A stretch of 64,000 bases of DNA. Origin: Octopus sinensis. Lineage: Eukaryota. A program made the translations under genes and the position numbers. The stretch covers positions 29,635,360-29,699,359 of the forward strand of contig NC_043019.1 of NCBI RefSeq assembly GCF_006345805.1. Reading direction: 5' to 3'. Within the stretch, counting starts at the first letter, position 1. Each line of letters opens with the position of its first letter. This document shows positions 27,567 to 39,432 of the stretch, one piece after another. The notes under the pieces are model-generated. The model had not been told where the DNA came from. It saw only the letters and a program-made list of their open reading frames with translations, and did no database searches.

Positions 27567-28799
27567 GGGAGGTAGACTTAGGGCAATACACACACTATTC
27601 AGATATATTAATGAAAAAAGGAAAAGGAAAAACAAAGAATTAAAGAAAATTGACAAATCTTTCATAATCCAAATTTTTTTCCCCCAAAAAAAATAAATTT
27701 CCAAATCGAACAAAACCCCCTGAAAATTCCCTTTAATTTACAAGAAGAATAAGAGTTTTTGCAACAAACACAAATGTTTAAAGGCTGAAAACTAAATGCA
27801 TTCAATGAATGGCTGATTGATTACCTTAAAAATCAATAGTTAGCTGTGTCATGTTACAATGGAATTGTCAGTCAAAGAAAAAGAATGGTATTCTTCTGAG
27901 TAGGTGGCAACACAGCACACTGCCTCACTGTAGAAGACTAAATTCTCATGGGTTACTGAAATAGTTATGCATATTTTACATAATTACAGATATTGTTTTC
28001 TATCAATTTGGGGGAGAGATTCATTTCTTTATAATTTGTTTCTTTTGTTTTATTATTGTTTTGTGTTTCTTCCCCCGCCCCCTGTTTTTAACGAATCCAA
28101 TACCAGGCTTTAAACTTTATTATTTCTATATCCTATACTTGTAGGATCTCAAAATCTTCTTGGATTATTTTTTACATAAAAGCTTATAGAAATCAAACAG
28201 GTAATAATTACTTTCTACATGACGACACAACAGAAATCCTCTTCTAACTGAATAAATAAACACAATCAAATAATTCCCACCCACTCATTATCCTCGTCAT
28301 CAGCAAAACATTGTAAACAATATAAATCTCTCAAATACACCATCTAATTAATGTACTCACCCATCTCCATCCTTTTTTCTTTTTAACCATTATACCTCTT
28401 CTAACATTACAAACTACAATAACATGCATCTTTCCCTGTTGAAAAGAACTTGATGCACTGACAAATCCCCAAAGTTTCCTGGATTTTTTTCTTTTCTTTC
28501 CCTCCTTGCATCTTACCACTTCAACTAGTTTCTACCAAAAAAAAAAAAAAAGTATCTCCTATTCTTCAAAAAATATGCAAGCATGGCTGTGTTGTTTAAG
28601 AAATTCACTTCACCACTTCATGATTTCAGGTTCAAGTCCACAGCACAGCATACTGGGCAAAGTGTCTTTTACCAAAGCTTTATGAGTGAAATTTGATTGA
28701 TGGAAAATTTGTGAGAGCTGGTCAGAGTGACTGTTCCTGAGTGACCAACAAATTATAATTTCATTATAACTCAGCTTCTGATAAAACAATGTTATTAAT

Positions 28800-29280
28800 A
28801 ATATCTTTTACTTGTTTCAGTCATGGGAAGGTTTAGTCTAACAAAATGACCCCAGTAGTTGTTTTTTTTTTAAGCCTATCAATCACTTTTGCCACAACAC
28901 TAAGTTACAAGGACATAAACAAGCTAATACTGGTTATCAAAAGAGGTGGTAGGGTACAAACAAATGTGTTTGTGTGTATATATCCACACACAGACACATA
29001 TAACACAAACAGAGCCTGAAAGATTGCGTTAAGATACATGATGTATTTTATAAATATCACAATAGCACGAAATTATTAGCTCTTTTGGTTATGTATTTAA
29101 TTTGATATATATATATATATAAAATACACACACACACACACACACACAACCTTCTTTCAGTTTTCATCTACCAAATCCACTCCCAAGGCTTTGGTTGGGC
29201 CAGGACTATGTAAAAGACCCTTGTCCAGAATGTCATGCAATGAGACTGAACCAAAAACCACATGATTGGGAAGCCTGTAT
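28800..29280 (-). mobile_element. SINE family A
   Basis: Degenerate reverse copy; a + strand partial copy lies at ~28575-28720. Confidence 0.7.
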
Positions 29281-31234
29281 ATTGTAAATTATGAGCAGCA
29301 TTGTAGAGTTCAATAAATTCATTTGTCTCATTAATTATCCTCGGTTCCAAAAGTTTGAGTTTGTGAATGTTGCATTACAAATATTATCATACAATCGCAA
29401 GAGTATATCTTGCAAAATTCTCTTGTGGAATTTCAGTTTCAAATGAAATTGATGAGCTATTTGTATGTCCAAATGGATTTTCATTTAGTTGACTTCCATA
29501 AATATTCTAGTACTACCCTTTCTAAAATATCTTAATAATACTCTTTCTTGAATATTTACATAAATAATTGTTAAGTCAAATATTTGTTAATAGTCTATTC
29601 ATCCAGGCAGGGTGACTGCCCAGACCAAAGTAATTCTCCCACATCAGAAGTCCCAATTGAGTGATGAGATATGAATGACTAGCCTAAATTTTAGTCATAT
29701 TGGTCTTTTGCTCACTGAAATACCTCAACAGCACACACCACAAAAACAGATGAGAGTAGTAATTCACTAACTAAACTGGTTGATCTTGACTGTTGACAGC
29801 TTTGTCTGTTGATCTGCTCAGCATCTGGTGATGGTCACCATTGTCTCAGTAAGTTCATCTGTTGAAATAGTTCACATCCACCATGTTGCATCCCATGATT
29901 TCAATGTACTCTGGTTGAAATTTAATCCATAGCTGGGACCCTGACAGGTGCTACCACTCCAGGTCAGAGTAGACCTGAGAGCAATAGTGGCTAAGAGATG
30001 GTTCCAAACTCCACAAAACCCTGGAACTCCCAAATCAGTGTCCCACTACCAGATGCAGTTTAAAGTCTATGCTTATTTGTTAGTAGTGCTCTTTCCATAC
30101 GAATACAAACTATACTTGTAAAATTTTTTTTTAAATAAATGGTCCTGGCTGGAATGATTAGGGCTGACCTGTGACCAAACAACTAGTAAAATACATTGGC
30201 TATTGTAGTATTAAGTATATTGTTGTTCATTTTAAAAATTGCAGAAGAAAAACATGAAATAGTATACTAACTGAAAAGCTATTTTTTATCAATGGTCTGC
30301 TCAGTGGAGTTTTCAAATAAATGCACACGCCACACACACCACATTGTAACAAAAAAATTTCTTTTGTAAAAATTTGATTTTCCTTATCTCTTGTGTTAAA
30401 AACACAACCCAGAAAAATCTACCCCCTGAAAAGTCAGTTTTAGTTGCTTGCATACTACATCATAACACAGAAATAAAGAGGAAACTTAAAAGAGAATTTG
30501 TGAAAATTTTTTTGACCGAGTTGCAATCTCCTGAAAGAGTTACAGCTGGTTGCATACTCCAAGATGGAGAAGGAAGGTGGCATTGTAAAATTCTTTGCAG
30601 AATCTCTAATGTTTGAAATACAGAAATTTGAAATTTTTGGATTATATATTTTAAATGTAGATGGAGATGGAGTAATAAGAAGGAAAAAAAAGATATTTTA
30701 ACAAATTCAGGTGGGTACTTAATTTGAAATTCTGCAATATTTTTGGTTGGGGGGTGAAGCCAGAAATGGGAAAGTTGAAGCTGCTTGTGTAAAGTCAGAG
30801 ATGGAAATGTTGGCAAAAGCAAAAAAAAAGAGAGAGAAACTTAAAATCTTTTTAGTAGAATTGTAATCTCTCCACTATTTAAAAATATAGAAGTCAAAAG
30901 AAATTTACTGCCGTCTGCTCAGGTATTCACTTGGGGTTATACAGCAGATAAAAAGAAAAAAAAATTAAAATTTTTGTTTTTGTTTTTAGCCAGATGTTTG
31001 AAAAATATTTTTATGCTCAGCAGCATTTCTGACTCATTACATTCTGAGTTCAAATTCAACCAAGGTCGACTTTCCTTTCATTCATTTGAGGGTGATATGT
31101 AATAAGTAGCAGACAAGTACTAGGGGTAAAAGTAATTGACTTGACCGTGCTACTGACTATAAAAAGAGAAATTACTAGTCTTGTGCCAAAATTTGAAAAT
31201 TATTATTATGGAAAAACTACCATATATATATATA

Positions 31235-31625
31235 TATATAGGCACAGGCGTGGCTGTATGGAATGAAGCTTGCTTCCCAACCACATAGTTCTGGGTTCAG
31301 TTCCACTGTGTAGCACCTCGGGCAAGTGTCTTCTACTATAGATTCAGGACAACCAAAGCCATGTGAGTGGATTTGGTAGGTGGAAACTGAAAGAAGTCTA
31401 TCGCATATGTATATATCAACGAGTGTGTTTTTGTGTCTGTGTTTGTCCCCCACCACAGCTTGTCAACCGATGTTGGTATGTTTACGTTCCGGTGAACTAG
31501 CGGTTCGACAAAAGACACCTAAAGGCTTTTTAACAAAAATAAGACCAGGGGTCGATCTGTTCGAGTTAATCCCTTCAATGCGGTGCCCCAGCATGGCCGC
31601 AGTCAAATGACTGAAACAAGTAAAA
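31235..31625 (+). mobile_element. SINE family A
   Basis: Homologous to 32759-33140. Confidence 0.82.
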
Positions 31626-32758
31626 GATATATGATGATATATAAGACGCACATCTTACCCCAAAAAAGGTTAAGAAAAGAAAGCCAAAAAAAAACCACTT
31701 GGTTGTGTACGAAAAGATGCTTTAAATATTACATGCTTTAATGCACTAAAAATTCTTTTTTCTGAGTATGTGAAATGAAATTTGGGATGCATCTAAAATG
31801 CCATCATTTTTCAAAAATACCGATTTTTGGACAAATACCTACACAAACGTGTTCCTACCCACCTACTTAGTTTTCTCGTAACTTTCAGAAAAATTGATAT
31901 TTTTCGATGAAATTTTGCACAAACACTTTTCAAATGGTATAGATTCAGATTATATCAGAATCTGTTGTGAAAAAAAAATTTTTTTTTTCAGAGAGGGTGG
32001 AGAGGAGTTTCGGATAATTCACACATCCCGGTTTTGTTTCCTTACAACTTTCAGGAAAATGGGTACTTTTTAAATGAAATTTTCTACAAATACCTTTCAA
32101 ATGGTGTACATTACGACTTCACGGGAATTTATTTCGAACGAAAAAAAAAAACAAAAAAAAAAAAGGATTTAGTGGGCACATACACATACATACTGACATT
32201 CATCCCATAATTTTGAATTCTGATGTAATCGGAATCTACACCAGCTAAAAGTTTTTGTTTTTCTTTTCTTTTCTTGTTTTTGTACAAAATTTCAATAAAA
32301 ATATCCATTTTTTCTCTGAAAGTTGTGAAGAAACAGGATCGGGGGAGAGGCACACTTCTGTGGGTATACCTTAAATACTCTATTTAATAACCTGTAATTG
32401 AAAAGTGCGAGATAGCTTAAGGCTTACATAAAAGGAAACTGGCGTAACTACAAAAGCCTTGTGCCCCACCAACCGACTTTGGTTTCATTATAACTTTATT
32501 GAAAATGTCTATTTTTTTAATGAAATTTTCCAGAGATACGTTTTCGAATGTGTAGATAACGAACATCCCGATAAAATTTGGAGGGATTTTTTTTTTCTTG
32601 GGAAACAAAGTCGATGGACTCATGTACAAAAGTGTTTCCTCATATCTTTCTTTAAAATGCATACTTTTTAAATAAATTTTCCTGAGGTACATTTTCGAGG
32701 ATGTACAGTACAATTACTCTGATAAAATACGAGAAAAAAATAGAAAATTTCACTAATA

Positions 32759-33140
32759 GGCGCAGGAGTGGCTGTGTGGTAAGTAGTTTGCTTACCAACC
32801 ACCTGGTTCCGGGTTCAGTCTTACTGCGTGGCACCTTGGGCAAGTGTCTTCTACTATAGCCGCGGGCCGACCAAAGCCTTGCGAGTGGATTTAGTAGACG
32901 GAAACTGAAAGAAGCCCGTCGTATATATGTATGTGTTTGTATATGTTTGTGTTTGTCCCTCCCAACATCGCTTGACAACCGATGCTGGTGTGTTTACGTC
33001 CCCGTAACTTAGCGGTTCAGCAAAAGTGACCGATAGAATAAGTACTAGGCTTACAAAGAATGAGTCCTGGTGTCGATTTGCTCGACTAAAGGCGGTGCTC
33101 CAGCATGGCCACAGTCAAATGACTGAAACAAGTAAAAAGA
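32759..33140 (+). mobile_element. tRNA-derived SINE family A (well-preserved copy)
   Basis: Head GGCGCAGGAGTGGCTGTGTGGTAAG with B-box-like GGTTCAGTC, CCTTGGGCAAGTGTCTTC, an internal (TA/TG)n tract and 3' CAGCATGGCCACAGTCAAATGACTGAAACAAGTAAAA. About 20 copies in the window. Confidence 0.85.
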
Positions 33141-33480
33141 ATAATATGCATTTACCAAAGTCAAATAGAAAAACTGGGGAGAATGATTTTTTTCCGGAAA
33201 AAATTTTCTATTTCTAAAAATGTCTCTGGAAAATTTCATTAAAATATATATATTTGTAAGAAAGTTGCGGGGAAAACTCCTGAGAGGAGACACTTCTAGA
33301 AGTGTGCCACAAAAATTGATGTTGCGTAAATTCCTATATAATTGTAATCTATACCATCTGAAAGATATTTGTAGAAAATTTCATTGGAAAAATATCCATT
33401 TTTCTGAAAATTATGAGGCAACAAAGTTGGGAGGGAACTTGTGCTTCTATGCAACCACTAAGACTGTGAGAAATAGCAGT

Positions 33481-34204
33481 CAAAACACTCAAATCACAGA
33501 TTACCCTCTTAAAGAAAATAAGGGATATTAGATAATGTAGTTCTCACTATAATTCCATGTATCAAAGAAAGAACAGAAGAAATGGTCACTTCTTAATCAG
33601 GGTTGATCTAGGATTGAATGTTTAATTACTACACTAGGTATAATTCAAAATCAGAGGAAAATGGTTTTTCGCTTTTTAGCCTCATTTTTCTTTTGGACAT
33701 CGACTTCTTCATAGAATGCTTGATCCCTCATCAAACCCCAAAATGTACAATAAAAAATAAAGTATTGATAATAATTCTAAAAATAATAAAATTGCAAATA
33801 ATACAAGCAATATTAAACTCATAAACATACCAAAACACTCAAATCACAGATCACCCTCTTAAAGAAAATAAGGGATATTAGATAATATAGTTCTCACTGT
33901 AATTCCATGTATCAAAGAAAGAACAGAAGAAATGGTCACTTCTTAATCAGGATTGATCTAAGATTGAATGTTTAATTACTACACTAGGTATAATTCAAAA
34001 TCAGAGGAAAATGGTTTTCTGCTTTTTAGCCTCTTTGTTTTCTTTTGGACATCGACTTCTTCATGGAATGCTTGATCCCTCATCAAACCCCAGAATGTAC
34101 AATAAAGAATAAAGTATTGATAATAATTCTAAATATAATAAAACTGCAAGAGAGAAAAATAAAACTACAAATAATACAAGTAATATTAAACTCATAAACA
34201 TACC
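33481..34204. repeat. Recent direct tandem duplication, 350-bp period
   Basis: CAAAACACTCAAATCACAGA starts at 33481 and again at 33831. The copies differ by scattered substitutions and a ~20-bp insert near 34150. Confidence 0.95.
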
Positions 34205-34249
34205 GTTTGTGTATTAAATTACTCGACATCATTAATGAGAGGGATATGT

Positions 34250-36620
34250 TTGATGTATTCTTTCAAAGGCATTGATATATTTGCTGGAGTGGGAGGTTTT
34301 CCTCTTTCATAGTAAAACTGTCTTTGCGCTGCGAAAATCAGCTTCAGTCATGTACCAAGTCGGGAATGTAAGTAAAAATGGCGGAACCGTGGTACTGAGC
34401 TTCAGGGAAGCATTTTGAAATCATTATTTAAAGAACGGAAATAGTCACTGACAGTTTTACGTCTAAATAATGATTTAGCTTCGAGATAATACACTTTTCA
34501 ATGAAATTCATCCTGTGAAATTCAATGTCTGCATTCTCTCTTTTCAAATTAATTCGATGTAACAACCCAGTCAATTACAAGCACTTTCTCCATGTCTTTG
34601 AAACGTACTTTAAAGTCTTCCGTTAATTTTTCGCAACAATCTCTGATATTTTCATTAATTTCTTTTAAGCTAAACACTAAAAGAGGACACTGTTTAACCC
34701 CAGTCACTAACGCACATTTTTCTCCAGGTCTTCGAAATGTACTTTAAAGCCTTCCGTTTTTAGAGTTCTTTTTCTATGCAAGATCTCCATGTCACGATCT
34801 GTTTCCAGTTTCTCCTTTTGATTGAAAAATACTTAAAACCTCTTTAAGACAAAGTAGAGACGTTTAAAACAGGTTAATATAGACTTGGATGCCTCTTAGT
34901 TTGAGATCAAACGTTTTAGTATATAGATATTTCCCTGACAAATATAGCAGACTATCTCTTTTGCTTGTTCCTACTTCAACAGGTCACGTGGAGGCTATGG
35001 TTTATGGTTCTACGGCAAGACACTCTACAGGCTAATTGTACAAGTCTTTGTATATTTGCTTCTTGACAAACACCTGGTTTCCACGAGCAAAAATAATTGG
35101 AGGATTTTTATTCTTCATCAAATAACAATTTCAAATTGAGAGAATGAAATTTATATAGACTTGATACACACCACCTAAGAGGCTTTTTTTTCAAATACAA
35201 AGTGTATTACAGAATACATATGTAAAGAACAGTTTCTCTGAATATGGCGGCAAATCGCCGGTGATGGCTGCCGTACCGTAGAAAACTGGTAAATTTACCC
35301 ACCGGAATTTGACTTTGTTTCTTTATAACTTTCATAAAAATTGTTATTTTTTAGTGCAATTTTCTGCAAATACCTTCGATGGAGTAGATTACGATTATAT
35401 CAGAACATAATATGAAAAATATAAACAATGGAGGGCGGGGCGCATACACACGCGCACACTAACACATTACATACATTTTTCAAAATTTCAAGTTTTATTT
35501 TGCTTAAAAAGGTATTTGAAGAAAATTTCATTAAAAAATATCCACTTTTCTGACAGTTATGTGGAAACAATGTTGGGGTTGGGGCATAATTACGTAGGTA
35601 TGCCACCTATCTTTCGCATCACCTTCATGATACGGTTAACCTGCAGATTATTATTCTTAGATCCGTTTGGTGCCTTTGAGCAGCACATCGGGCAGTCAGT
35701 GATCGCCAACTATCTCTGTCTCAGGTCAACAGGTACACTTCTTCCCCTGCATAGGTCTTCTTTGAAGGTACTAAGCCATATCTTCTTTGGCCGACCTCTT
35801 TTTCTCTTAGCTTCCAGCGGCATCCAGCCCATGGCCGTTATGACAAGACTCTCCTATGGCAGCCTTAGTATATATCCAGCTATTCTCATTCGTCGATCGG
35901 TTACAATTGCATGCAGGGGCCTTATTCTTGCTGCTTGGATGAGGGGATTTAAAATGAGTAAATTCACTGGCAGTGACGACAGTGAAATTTGATAATTTCC
36001 TATAAACAATCTATGTAAAATAACCGATGTAAAGTGATTTCATAGGAACAACTCTGCTTCCTGTACGACTAAGTGGGCGTGTAGGGGCCATCATGTATCG
36101 ACATATAAGCCACCAACTTGCCTTCATAATGATAACCGTAGCTGGATATAATGATTTTGACCGGAGTACCTCAAATGCTGTTTATGAAATACTCAAGACA
36201 TCTCTTAGAAGTATTATACATGTACGCACCTGTGGACGCGACATATAGGAGTAGTAATGATGTTAAAATAAAAGGATTTCTATAAATATGTTTGTCTCTT
36301 TCTTAAAGGCCTAAACTGCAAGCTAATCTGAGATACTTTGCAAACATGAATTCACGTATAGTATAATAGTCCAAACCTATAATATTTCACATAGGCTATA
36401 AGAATATTTAAACTAATGAGAGTTGACTGGTCGAGTTCAATGGAAAACTTATAGCTATGTTTGAAAGCAAGGCTTTCTTAGCATTACCGGTCATTTCATC
36501 AATACATCGTTTCAGTGTATCTGCACTTAGGAGCCAGCATTTTTAGAACAACTGTCTTTTTGCATAACATTTTCAGTCACTTGTCGATATGAGCCCGTCA
36601 GCTGTAGTATATTATTTTTT
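34250..36620 (-). pseudogene. Fossil hAT (Buster/Charlie, ZBED5/SCAND3-like) transposase interrupted by later insertions
   Basis: Collinear decayed motifs across frames: SADTLKRCIDEM and FSIELDQSTL..ILIAYVKY (~36530-36380), ETRCLSRS..QRLVQL (~35070, compare HTEVRWLSKG), FKVRFKDME...DWVV (~34620), and PFLLTFPTWYMTEADF (~34385-34335, hATC dimerisation domain). Not in the ORF track. Confidence 0.7.
35635..35960 (-). mobile_element. 3' fragment of a second RTE-type LINE family nested in the hAT fossil
   Basis: Minus strand reads RRMRIAGYILRLP...AMGWMPLEAKRKRGRPKKIWLSTFKEDL, the typical RTE C-terminus. Confidence 0.7.
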
Positions 36621-36659
36621 CTTCGCTATATATTCATCCAGGCCTCTTACATTATCAGG

Positions 36660-37010
36660 AGGCGCAATGGCCCAGTGGTTAGGGCAGCGGACTCGCGGTT
36701 TCGATTCCCAGACCGGGCGTTATGAGTGTTTATTGAGCGAAAACACCTAAAGCTCCACGAGACTCCGGCAGGGGATGGTGGTGATCCCTGCTGTACTCTT
36801 TCACCACAACTTTCTCTCACTCTTACTTCCTGTTTCTGTTGTACCTGTATTTCAAAGGGCCGGCCTTGTCACTCTCTGTGTCACGCTGAATATCCCCGGT
36901 ACACGTGTCTGTGGAGTGCTCAGCCACTTACACGTTAATTTCACGAGCAGGCTGATTCAGATCAACCGGAACCCTCGTCGTCGTAACCGACGGAGTGCTT
37001 CCATTACATT
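36660..37010 (+). mobile_element. tRNA-derived SINE family C
   Basis: A box TGGCCCAGTGG and B box GGTTTCGATTCCC, followed by a non-tRNA body. A reverse partial copy of the body is at ~8520-8700. Confidence 0.75.
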
Positions 37011-38873
37011 ATCAACATCTTTAGATTTACGAATTAAACGCCGGATAAAATGCTTAGCGACATTTCTTCTGGTTTTACGTTCTGAGTTCAAATTCTGAAG
37101 AATGTCGACTTAACCTTTCATACTTTCAGAGTCAATAAAATAAGTACCAGTTGAGCACTGGGGTTGATGTCATCGACTAGATGCCCCTCCAAATTTCGGG
37201 CTTTGTACCTATAGCATAAAGAAATTTACGGTTTAAATGCACAGCTTACGAACACCTCTTGGAGTACTCACGGGTTGTTACTACACTATATAGTATCAAC
37301 ATGGCGAACAAGTTTAGAAAATGACGCGGCTGGGATACTCAACATATTTTAAGAGGCTACAAAAATGAATAAGATTAACTTGTTCATGAAATATAACAAA
37401 AAAAAAAAAAAACTAGAGCGTATAGAGTTGAAATTTGTCCATTCATCCAGTTACTAAATATTTCACTGTCTAATGATATACAATAAATAATTGTAACTGT
37501 TTTAGGAAATAATATATGATAAACAATAAAAACTAATTATATACAAATCAGAAATGTCTATCAGCAAATTTATTTTATGTATTTTTATTTAGGTAATCTT
37601 TCGGCTTGTGACCACAAATTCAAAGTGGAAAATTATTTTAAGCAATCGGTATTGATATTTTGAAGGAGAAAAAATAATGAAATTGGAATAAAAAAATTTT
37701 CGCTATCGTAATCTCGATATTTTTACGCCAAGAATCACACAAAATAGACCCAAAATACTAAGTCGGGGATATAAGAGTTGAAAAGTTATTTTTGAGGTAA
37801 TGGCTGCGGTTGAAAACAGGAATCTTTTCTCTTGACTTTTATTTGTTTCAGTCTCATTTGACTGCGGCCATGCTGGGGTACCGCCTTGAAGGGTTTTAGT
37901 CGAACAAATCGACCCCAGGCTTTTTTTTAAAGCCTAGTTCTTATTCTATCAGTCTCATTTGCCGAACCGTAAAGTTATGAGGACGTAAACACATCAACAC
38001 CGATTGTCAAACGGTAGTGGAGGACAAACACACACATTTTTTTTTTTTTTTTAGTGATGTGTCTTCATTTGCTATGTCCACCTAGACATTCATTACTGGG
38101 TAATGCCTATATTTCCACACACGAACTGAAAGAATGCCTTTACGTTTTACACGAACGCCAGCTTGCGAATGCAAAAATTTAATCGACAACTTTGCGTTCT
38201 GAGTTCAAACCCCGCCAAAGTCAATTTTGTCTTTCATCCTTTCGGGCTAAATAAGATAAGTAAAATTAAGTACCAGCTGAGCACTGGGGTCGATACAATT
38301 AAGACCCTACCCCCAAATTACCGGCATTGTGCCAAAATTTGAAACCATTATTATGCAAGCAAAGTATTCTGTGAAAGCGCAAGGACTACTGGTAAGGTTG
38401 TGCGTTCGATTCCACGACTGAACGGTGCGTTGTGTCCTAGGATGAGGGGCTTTATTTTATGCTGTCCGAATTAACACAGATGAATGCATCCGTATCAGAA
38501 TGATGCGCTGTAGACTATTAGCTCATAATGTTGCAAGTGCAAAATATGAACGGTCCTTGATTGCTATAGCACACTTGGTTATTTTTTAAATCTGTCGGTC
38601 AAAAGGTAAAGATCCATGATAGTGTAGGTAAGACAACATTACCCAAAGTGTAATTTGAGAGAGATTTAGCTACTGTTTGTTACACGACGAGAAACCACAC
38701 GAAGCCCTCTCGACTCAGCAATTTCAGGCAACTGGCTGAGATTCGTTTTCTTTCATTTTTTTTCTTTTTCTTTTATGCAACTGGTTTAACACTTTAGCAT
38801 TCAGATTACTGTAAAATGTAATGCTTCTTTAATTATATTGTTTTGAATTGATCATGCATTATCACATAGCTTT

Positions 38874-39432
38874 AAGGCGGCGAGTTGGCAGAAACGTTAG
38901 CACGCCGGGCGAAATGCTTAGCCGTATTTCGTCTGCCACTACGTTCTGAGTTCAATTTCCGCCGAGGTCGACTTTGCCTTTCATCCTTTCGGGGTCGATT
39001 AAATAAGTACCAGTTACGCACTGGGGTCGATGTAATCAACTTAATACCTATGTCTGTCCTTGTTTGTCCCCTCTGTGTTTAGCCCCTTGTGGGTAATAAA
39101 GAAACAGGTATTTCGTCTGCCACTACGTTCTGAGTTCAAATTCCACCGAGGTCGACTTTGCCTTTCATCTTTTTGGGGTCGATTAAATAAATACCAGTTA
39201 CGCACTGGGGTCAATGTAATCGACTTAATCTGTTTGTCTGTCCTTGTTTATCCCCTCTGTGGGTAGTAAAGAAATAGGTATTTCGTTCTGAGTTCAAATT
39301 CTGCCGAGGTCGACAATGCATTTTATCCTTTCGGAGTCGATGATAAATTAAGTACTAGTTGCGTACTGGGATCGATCTAATCGACTGGTCCCCTCCCAAA
39401 AAATGTCGGGCCTTGTGCCTAGAGTAGAACGG
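38874..39432 (+). mobile_element. SINE family B with internally triplicated body, inserted in a piggyBac MITE
   Basis: One head plus three bodies (GTTCTGAGTTCAA...GAGGTCGAC at ~38942, ~39126, ~39285), with a 16-bp TSD ATTATCACATAGCTTT (38858-38873 and 39433-39448). Confidence 0.88.

Noticed and set aside
30558-30605. 48-nt minus-strand segment open in all frames between AG and GT
   Set aside because: Mediocre splice sites (CATTAG, GGA|GTATGC) and no homology.
35516-35992. 158-aa plus-strand ORF
   Set aside because: Antisense of an RTE C-terminal fragment plus repeat sequence.
36660-36720. tRNA-like A/B boxes
   Set aside because: No complete cloverleaf; it is the head of a SINE.
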